64,000 nt of DNA from Octopus vulgaris (taxonomy: Eukaryota). The DNA is taken from positions 10,788,001 through 10,852,000 of the forward strand of contig OX597821.1 of the NCBI GenBank assembly GCA_951406725.2, written 5' to 3'. Made by a program: the position numbers and the translations under genes. The notes under the pieces are model-generated. The model did not search any database. It was not told where the DNA came from and was given only the letters and a program-made list of their open reading frames with translations. This document shows positions 55,181 to 64,000 of the stretch, one piece after another (within the stretch, counting starts at the first letter, position 1; every line of letters starts with the position of its first letter).

Positions 55181-55270
55181 TGGATTATGTATGTATGTAT
55201 GTATGCATGTGTGTGTATGTATGTATAAATAATTCTGTGTACATATTTGCATTAATATCTACACTCAGAG

Positions 55271-55435
55271 AGGCGGTGAGCTATCAGAAAGGTTAGAACG
55301 CCAGGGCAAATGCTTAGGGGAACTTCGCCTGTCTCTACACTCTGAGTACAAATTACACCAGGTCGGCTTTGACTTTCATCCTTTAATGGTCGATAAAATA
55401 TTAACGAGTTAAGCACTCGTAATCGACTTTTCTCT
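55271..55435 (+). mobile_element. degenerate SINE family B
   Basis: ggcggtgagct head and ctttcatcctttaatggtcgataaaat core. Confidence 0.65.
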
Positions 55436-55560
55436 CTGTCGGTATTGCTGGTTTGTTGCCAAAATTTGAAACTATCATATATGCTCAGCATTATATAATA
55501 GAATTGTATATTAAGATATTAATGTAGAGGGAGGTAGCGCGCTCACAGACACACACGCAC

Positions 55561-55608
<48 letters not shown>

Positions 55609-55616
55609 AATGCTGA

Positions 55617-55660
<44 letters not shown>

Positions 55661-55803
55661 GAATGCTGATGCATATTCACCAAGCGAGTAACAGTGAATC
55701 AAATGATCAATATCCAAGAGTTCAATTTAAGTTAACATGAAACTGCACAGTTACAAATGTAATAGTGACTTAACTTAAATATATAGTTTATTATATACGT
55801 TAC

Positions 55804-55871
55804 CATCGTTATCAAAGGCATGCATCAATTCATGACCCAGTATAGTACCAAGGCCACCGAAATTTAATGAC
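55804..55871 (-). CDS. M13 metallopeptidase exon with Zn-binding HExxH (SLNFGGLGTILGHELMHAFDND)
   Basis: 68-nt exon, acceptor cttacag, donor gtaacg. Gluzincin NFGGxG..GHExxHxFD motif; phase matches both neighbouring exons. Confidence 0.96.
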
Positions 55872-56204
55872 CTGTAAGATGAAAAAGAAAGAATAGAAAT
55901 TAATTTTATACATTTGGGGTCATCTTTACAATATTATAAAATATGATAAAATAAGTATCCTCAGTTTCTATAAAATAGACTATTGCCTGTCAATTCTATT
56001 CAAACTGTTCTTCATTTTCATTTTTTTTACTTTGTTTCTACAGACAACTGGAATTCTACATCAATATTTGTCCACTAGTGCAAGTTTGTGGAACTAGTTC
56101 GCTTTTGCAGATTTGATTGAAGTATAAACTAAAGCTGGTGCACTGGGCAGTGATATCTCTTCTTTAAAATCCTTCACATTATAACGGATCAATTAATAAC
56201 AGGG

Positions 56205-56240
<36 letters not shown>

Positions 56241-56780
56241 CGAGAGAGATACATGTCATTTACCTTGGATTTAATGAGAAATAGCTTACAGTATTTGGTG
56301 CATACTGTCAAACTAGTGTTTATTGTAGATAGGCATAAGAAGTCTTAAGACGCCATCCATGTATGTATGTATGTATGTATTTATGAATGTATGTATGAAT
56401 GCATGTATGTATATATGTATTTTTGTATATATGTTCAGGAGCACCACAAGATGCACCTGAACCAGTAAAGTGTCCCACCAGTGAGGGACCGATGCTAGAT
56501 ATATCAAAACACTTGTCGTCATTAATAATAAATTCTCGTATATTCCATATTCTGTCTTTCCTTTACCATGTATCCGAGGTGTATATGAAAAGTTTTGAGT
56601 CTTCATGAGAAATTTTGTACCCGGTTTTGTTTTTGTTTTGAGGCTCAAGATTTTTCATACGCCTCTTGGAAATACAAATGTAGACTTACATAAGCATATA
56701 GATGCATATGTATATATATATATATATAAATGAAAAAACAAGTAAAAAATAGAAAATGCTAAAATAATTTTATAGTGAAC

Positions 56781-56826
56781 ATTTCAGTACCGGTTTCGGT
56801 CATTTTGAGACCTTTTCAACTGTAAC
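56781..56826 (-). ncRNA. type I hammerhead motif, U3-A8 core variant
   Basis: gttaCAG-TTGAAAA-GGTC tcaaaat GACC-GAAA-CCGG-TA-CTGaaat. Confidence 0.65.
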
Positions 56827-57015
56827 GATTAAATAATTAAATTTAGAAAAATTAGAAGAAAAGTTTTTTAAAAGAATATTTCTATAGTAGTGTTCAGATT
56901 TAAGTGGCATTCTGCCTTTCTCTGACTCCCTTGTTTGCACTTGTGTGTTCGAGGTAGTTGTGAGTTCTTGGTAGGGTAGTAGAGGGAAGGCTGGTGAGGA
57001 AAGGGGGTGGGAGAA

Positions 57016-57059
<44 letters not shown>

Positions 57060-57321
57060 TATACCGGGATCAGAGCATTTTAAACTGGCGCGGTAGCATA
57101 TTCGATATTACTTTTATAGCGAATAAATTACATATATGTTATGTCATGAACGTTATATCCAATTATGTGATAATATACGAGGTCGATATAATATATTGTT
57201 ATTAAGATATTGACCCCAGATTACCGACTAACCCTTCCCAACAAAAAATACTGTCCTGTGCCTACGCTAGAAATTATTATAGTATTATTGATTTTTAACA
57301 GTTTTAGTAGTAGTCGTCGTT

Positions 57322-57374
<53 letters not shown>

Positions 57375-57698
57375 CTTGTTTGTTGTTGTTGCTGTTGTTT
57401 CAGTGCACACTCATAGTACAGTTAATTATCATTGGTTTATTTATTTTATTTACTTTTTTCTGCATAGATAGAGAATCTATTTTTCCTTTCTGCTGCATAA
57501 GAACTTCCTGTTTATTCACATTTCTGTCCTTGTGTGTAAGTTTGGATTAGACAGAGTAGCTACAAGGCAAATAAACATGCTTAAATGGTGTTAATACTTC
57601 TGCCACCTACTGCCGTTAATGTTTTTTTCTGCGTGTCTACAAAATAGTTGGTTGCTGTTTACATTAGAAGTTTTAATAAATCTTATGCTTCTACTCAC

Positions 57699-57750
57699 AT
57701 AGGGGAACGTATGTTGAAAAAAGGATTTCTTAGTATTCCTGCTGGTATAG
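57699..57750 (-). CDS. M13 (neprilysin/ECE-like) metallopeptidase, internal exon (x)IPAGILRNPFFNIRSP(M)
   Basis: 52-nt exon, acceptor ...tttatag, donor gtgagt. Matches the M13 PAGILxxPFF motif. Terminal AT joins the G of the next exon to give ATG. Confidence 0.92.
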
Positions 57751-58204
57751 CTATAAAATATATATGAAAAATAAGCGTATGATGAGAATCATTTTATTGA
57801 CGGATAAATCAAACATTATTGCAATTATTTTTAAACAAATTGTGATACATATCCGCTGCAGCCAAATTGCAAAGCAGAAGCGAATGTGTGATAAATAACT
57901 GAGGATGTATATAACTGGGAAGATAAGCAAACAATTTTACAGCAATCAGTGTACATCTATTTAACAGGCTATAATATCATAATATAAATTTCCTCTGACT
58001 TTAGTTAACTATACGCCCTATCCAATGGTGTTTCATTTCAGCATTTTATAATTTTTCATGCCTTTCTACTAAGCCACATGTAGGATTTTGGGAAATGAAA
58101 AAAAAAGAATGTAAAGAAGCTGGTTATATTAATCGAAGGGATTGCCAGTTGAAAGAAGAAAAAATGGAAAGAGGTATTAGATTAATAAGTATATCAGTAG
58201 TATA

Positions 58205-58251
<47 letters not shown>

Positions 58252-58253
<2 letters not shown>

Positions 58254-58409
58254 GCAGGAGTAGCTGTGTGGTAAGAAGCTTGCATCGAAACTACATGGTT
58301 CTGGGTTCAGTCCCACTACGTGGCATCTTAGGAATCTGCTTTCCACTACAGCCTCGGGCTGACCAAAGATTTTGAGTAGATTTCGTAGGCAGAAAATGGA
58401 AGAAGCCTG

Positions 58410-58464
<55 letters not shown>

Positions 58465-58600
58465 ATGGATGTATGCATGTACGTATGTATGTATTTGTGT
58501 GTTTGTATTTATCTCCCTACCATCGCTTGTTTACGTCTGTAAACTAGCGGTTCGGCAAAAGAAATCGATAGAATAAGTACTAGGCTTACAAAGAATAAGC
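58252..58600 (+). mobile_element. SINE family C
   Basis: Homologous to 34559-34972; internal repeat here is (TG)n. Confidence 0.82.
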
Positions 58601-58609
58601 ATAGGGATA

Positions 58610-58925
58610 GATGACCACATTTCTAAGGGCGACACCTTCGTTACCATTTACATCTAAGACCACCAACCTGCCGAGATTGCCTTTACTTCAAGACCTAAGG
58701 ATTTACGGAATAGCACTCCTATTCCGCCGCCCGTTCCGAACAGATAACATGATGAGAATGTCTCATAGTCTTGGAAAATGGGCGCTAGTGCTTGCGCATT
58801 AGAAATTCTTGTCTCGCTAATTGCAGCCATATCTAAATCGAGTGACACGAGGTCGTTTATCAACTGACCTTGCTTCCTAGCCGGCCCCAGGCAACGAATA
58901 TTAACACACCCTACTCTGAAAACGA
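58610..58925 (-). mobile_element. L1/Tx1-like APE endonuclease fragment
   Basis: VGCVNIRCLG..KQ..INDLVSLDLDMAAISETR..GGGIGVLFRKSL. Confidence 0.7.
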
Positions 58926-59034
58926 CTATGTTTATCGGAGAAACAAAATGGAAGAAGGTCCCCTAATTTGGATTTTGAGAGGGCCGGTTGATTCAGCTAC
59001 CTCGTCTGAATAATAATAATCGTTTCTACTAAAG

Positions 59035-59234
59035 GCACAAGACTTGAAATTTTGTAAGAGGGTACTACTCGAATTACATCGATCCCAGTGCGTGACTGGT
59101 ACTTTGTTATTGGACATCGAAAGGATGAAAGACACAGCTGACCTCAGTGGGATTTGAACATAGAACGTGAAGACGGACGAAATATCGCTAAGCATATCGC
59201 TCGCCGTGCTAAGGTCATTGCCAGCTTGCCGCCT
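59035..59234 (-). mobile_element. degenerate SINE family B
   Basis: Inverse of the ggcggcaagctggca head and the tttcatcctttcg core. Confidence 0.75.
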
Positions 59235-59294
59235 TAGTAGTAGTAGTAGTAATAATAATAATAATAATAATAACAATAACAATAACAATAATAA

Positions 59295-59630
59295 TGGGAG
59301 CATCATGGCCATGTGTTGGGGAGGATTCTTTGGGGTTTGAATAATTCACCTCTGGAAACATGGGTGGTTCTTTCAACATCCTTAAACAACCCTTATTCAG
59401 AGACCTTTTGAGCGGGATGGGCTACTCAACCTGAAGAAAATTCTAACTGGGCCCCACTTTCAAGGTCATGTGCTGTTTATCTTGATATGAGATCGCCATT
59501 TCGCGCACATATGGTTGTGATGCATGTGCCTGGTGTACCTTTATCAGACGGGTAGTCATGATGGGTATATTGGGCTTCGTATATTTTACCCCAGTGTCAC
59601 TTTGATGGCATGCACTGCTCTCTCACTCAA
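59295..59630 (+). mobile_element. retroposon 3' fragment inserted in (AAT)n (possibly R4/Dong 3' UTR)
   Basis: Complex-sequence island bounded on both sides by (AAT)n. Family assignment is inference. Confidence 0.45.
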
Positions 59631-59700
59631 TAATAATAATAATAATAATAAGAAGAAGAAGAAGAAGAAGAAGAAGAAAAGGAATTATTATTATTATTAA

Positions 59701-59745
<45 letters not shown>

Positions 59746-61166
59746 GAATGAAAAATGAGTTTCTAGAACATTTGGGTATATGAGAAAAACAAAAAGACCA
59801 TCCCGAAATTTAACAGTACGTGTTTCAACATATGATCTCACATCAGGAATCTTGCAAAATAAATACATAAACGTAAAATAAGGATTTTGAATATATCTGT
59901 TACATTGCAAGTGATTTGAATTTAAGACAGTGAACACAAAGCGGTTAAATGACGTGAATCAAACCACGCATATATCGTTTGCCGTGACATCGTCTCACTG
60001 ATTACGTTAGAGAGAACTTATCGTTCTAAATATTTCCAATTCGAGATATAGAAATAATATTCTATATGATTCCGCTCCAGCTGGTAGTAGCGGCCTTATA
60101 ACTCTCACATTCACCCCTGGCTTGTTAAAAAATAGAATATTGTCTCCTTGGATAATTTTGCTCCGCAGCCCATATTTTGGAAATAAAGAAAATGGTGAAA
60201 TGGCAGAATCGTTAACGAGTCCGACAAAATGGTCTGCGATACGTCTTCCATATATTTGGATTAAAAGTTCAATTGCCGTCGCGGTCAAATGTGCCTACAT
60301 TCCAAGCTTAAACAATTAAACTGTGACTACATTGAGTACATTCTTCATGCGACTTTTGTTAATCATATCAAGCCATGTAATTTACTCTGTCTGCTACATA
60401 TTGTTATCATTTCCCGATTATCGAATGGCAATTTTATATTTCTAGTAATATGGTGTTACATAAGATAGACATAAACACAGATCCACAAACACATATGAAA
60501 ACAACTCTTTATGTATGAGTTTATGTGAGAATACCACTCGCTTCTGTGCAAAGACAAATATCAATTTTCGTTCCCAAACATTTTAGGAATACCAGGTTGC
60601 CGATACAAAACCTATATTAAAATATCAATATTAAAATATTTTAGAATATAGCAGCGTGCATCATAGTGTGTCTGATTACCAATGATTAACAAAAAACATT
60701 GGACAGGAATATATAATCACAGGACGTATTTCCATTTCACTTTATGTTATTGGACGGGCATATCATTTGATTACCACGTTCATTATTACACATATTAGGA
60801 ATGTGACATGAAAATGAAAAATATTTTAAAATACGTCAATGATCGATTCTTTAAATGCATGAGAAAGTGATTCATATGCGTTTGTGTGTGTGTGTGTGTG
60901 TGTGAATAAGAGTGTGCCAGTGTTTCACGTATGTCTATGTGTATTTCGTGTGTGAACGTGCAAATGTTTGTATGTATATATACATGTATGTAACTATATA
61001 TGTATGCATGTACAGGTGGGTATACATACATATATGCATACATACACACACACACACACATTCATAGACGTCTATACAAAAACTACAGGCCAATTTCTCC
61101 CACTTCGCATATCAGTAAAATCATTCAGTGAATCATCAGAAAGAATTCGATAATGTGCCTAGAAGA

Positions 61167-61200
<34 letters not shown>

Positions 61201-61233
61201 ATAAATGTGTGTATATATATATATATGTGTGTG

Positions 61234-61265
<32 letters not shown>

Positions 61266-61268
61266 CAT

Positions 61269-61351
<83 letters not shown>

Positions 61352-61498
61352 TAAATAAGTGTAAAGAAAAAAAATTCTATGCCAATATGCTGAGATGTAG
61401 ACTTTAGATTGTCAATCACCACTTACAATATACATCGATATGAATACATATGGTGCTGAATCGAAGAAACCAAGCTACCAGAATTTTTAAAATGCGTT

Positions 61499-61559
61499 AT
61501 CTCTATATTGAATCAATTTCGGGATTAATGCAACGAATTTTCCCCTCATCAGTAGATAT
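61499..61559 (-). ncRNA. type I hammerhead motif with canonical core, in a foldback element
   Basis: atATCTA-CTGATGA-G-GGGA..TCCC-GAAA-TTGATTCAA-TA-TAGAgat. Inverted partial copy at about 61670-61765. Confidence 0.75.
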
Positions 61560-61904
61560 TACGATAAGAAATAAAAGAAATACTTACAAGCACCAATGAA
61601 GCAATAGCAGAAGTCATGTGATCACATAAGTAGCCCAGTTGTATCGAAATATAATTATAAATATCTAAATATCTCGTAATTGATTCAATATAGAGATATA
61701 GAATTTCTAAATATTAGGTTAGCGTGCTTTCCTCGATTCAGCATCATGTGTATTCATACTGATTTAACGTCTATTTATCAGCATATTGGCAGAGAATTTT
61801 TTCTTTTGCCCTTATTTATAATTGTTTATAATTTTCATCTTTAAATGTATTTTAATATGCTGGCCACTAGATGAAACTTTTGAAAAAAAAATCCTATATT
61901 ACAA

Positions 61905-61970
<66 letters not shown>

Positions 61971-62441
61971 CGGAGATGTACTTGCATAGCAAGTTACCTG
62001 ATATGAGATCGTGTGCTGGAACGAAAGAAATTGAAGCGTGTAAGGTGTTTATAAGCCATTTAAGAAACAAACAAAAACAATTAGATTCACTTCAACATTT
62101 AAATATAATTTGCCACAATATTTGTGAGTATGGGGGATGTCCGTATCTTTGTATGCCAGATCAGATCGTGCACCTTTAAGCGTGGTTAAATATTACGGAT
62201 CGGTAATAATGCTGCCTCGGTCGCTAATATATAAGCATATATAAATATACGTTTGTATAAACATGCACACGAACATGCAAGATTGAAGTTTTCTTTTGGT
62301 TTAATCGCCTTTCAATAACTTCCTAAGACCAACCGTCTAGCTTTTGTAGCATTCGCTAAACTTCCGATCGTACGCGGAAGTGCATAACATGTATAGGTGT
62401 AAGCACATACACTCATTTACATGCACCTATATATGCTAGCA

Positions 62442-62491
<50 letters not shown>

Positions 62492-62536
62492 TCAATAAAT
62501 GGTGGGGTTGTGTTGACCGCACGTGGAGAAATGATA

Positions 62537-62706
62537 AGTAAGGAAAAATTTTTTTAAAAATGCAGAATGCTCAAATGAAAGAAAATTTTAATAAAATGAG
62601 AAAATGATAAAATATATAAATATATATTTATATATTTTATCATTTTCTCATTTTATTAAAATTTTCTTTCATTTGAGCATTCTGCATTTTTAAAAAAATT
62701 TTTCCT

Positions 62707-62710
<4 letters not shown>
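62537..62710. repeat. perfect 174-bp palindrome, no spacer
   Basis: 87-bp arms, exact reverse complements about 62623/62624. Confidence 0.92.
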
Positions 62711-62745
<35 letters not shown>

Positions 62746-63050
62746 TATATACATATATGTGTGTATGTGTGTGTGTGTGCGTGCACGCGTGTGCTATTGT
62801 AAAAAGAACACGTGTCGAATGTCCCATGCAATCGGACAGAACTCGAAACGCTGTTGCAGCCACACATATACGCGTCCGGGCAATGAAGTGCAAAGCAAGG
62901 CGGAAACGTTTCTATACAAAGTTTTCAAGTTTGGTTACGTGAAACACAGAAATCTCAGAAATTTCTCAGCTTCCATAAAACTAAGTAAAGATATCGCATT
63001 TTTACCTGCCTGCGTGCCTCTACCCATCTCTCTCAAACTCTTTCCCTTAA

Positions 63051-63102
<52 letters not shown>

Positions 63103-63400
63103 GTATGTTTGTATGTATGTAAGTATCCATTCACATTCGGCCATTTTCGATTGGCGGACTGATTTCGCATTTACATGCATTTGTATTTATATCAATTGTT
63201 TATAAGTGAAAGCGACAAAAATTTAGCGGTGAGGTTTAACACGTGGAAACGGATGAAGTTACGCTACATACTGTAAACTATTTACATCTGGTGCATGTAA
63301 AGCAGTTATACATGCATTACATACATACATCGTTATATATGTGTTTACCTACATATATTGCACATATCGTTACGTATTCACATGCACATAATCTTTCTTT

Positions 63401-63444
<44 letters not shown>

Positions 63445-64000
63445 CAAGCGCAAACGCGCGAAAACACAGACACATAAATTTGTCTGTGTGTAAGTATGTG
63501 TGTATCGTTTATCTCTTTCTGCGTGCATATATTGAGCGTTACGTCATAAAAGTATCAATAGATACAAGAGATATAATATGTATTTCTTTGAAACAGATTA
63601 ATTTCCAAGTTATCGTGTATTTACATTTAAAGGGTTCCGGCGTCAAATTGAGCATTACATTATTTGTAAACTTTTTTTTAAATGATTTCCGATTGATAGG
63701 GTATAGTTTATTTTATGCAGTTTATTTATTGCAATTATTGCAATTATATATTGCATATGAGATTGCTATTGAGAAATAGTCCATTTTGTGGCAAGCACTT
63801 TCGTAGAAATAATTTGACACAAATGCACTGAAACGAAGAGAAATGAAAGAGAAAATACGATCGAGTTTGCTTGTTCTGATAAGTTCTAATTAAATAACAT
63901 TTCATATATGAATCGCTTTCTGATGTTTCCACTATCTAGCACTCGAACGGGGTTTTTAAACATGCAAAGTTTGTATCTGGGCGATAAATGACAAAATTAA

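Noticed and set aside
54525-56540. Possible nested + strand exons after acceptor-like sites (about 54525, 56044, 56439)
   Set aside because: No good donors, no consistent frame and no recognisable protein.
61421-61665. Two apparent minus-strand exons with gtaagt donors (LGFFDSAPYVFISMYI; IYNYISIQLGYLCDH...)
   Set aside because: No M13 similarity (an NAFY-type motif is expected), wrong phase for the 57750 acceptor, and they lie within an HHR-bearing foldback repeat.
63744-63830. Minus-strand sequence after a strong polypyrimidine acceptor
   Set aside because: All frames stop before a donor and none resembles M13.

Overview
AT-rich, microsatellite-dense animal genomic DNA. The SINE families and repeat content suggest a coleoid cephalopod, probably Octopus (inference). 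The only host gene I can support is a minus-strand M13 (neprilysin/ECE-family) zinc metallopeptidase. It has five phase-consistent GT-AG exons (57699-57750, 55804-55871, 50750-50880, 36060-36125, 8985-9080) encoding PAGIL, HELMH, ENIADNGG and QLFF motifs; its other exons apparently lie outside the window. The introns hold three tRNA-derived SINE families, a decayed Ty3/Gypsy element, Tc1/mariner relics, CR1, HERO, R4/Dong and L1/Tx1-like fragments, and several Penelope-like elements. The most notable unannotated layer is about 15 hammerhead-ribozyme (HHR) motifs in Penelope ends and short non-autonomous elements. They include a canonical HHR in a 458-nt retrozyme-like unit (50913-51523) and cores showing all four Watson-Crick versions of the 3-8 tertiary pair. 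Most ORFs in the supplied track are microsatellite artefacts. All motif and family calls were made by eye, without database searches.
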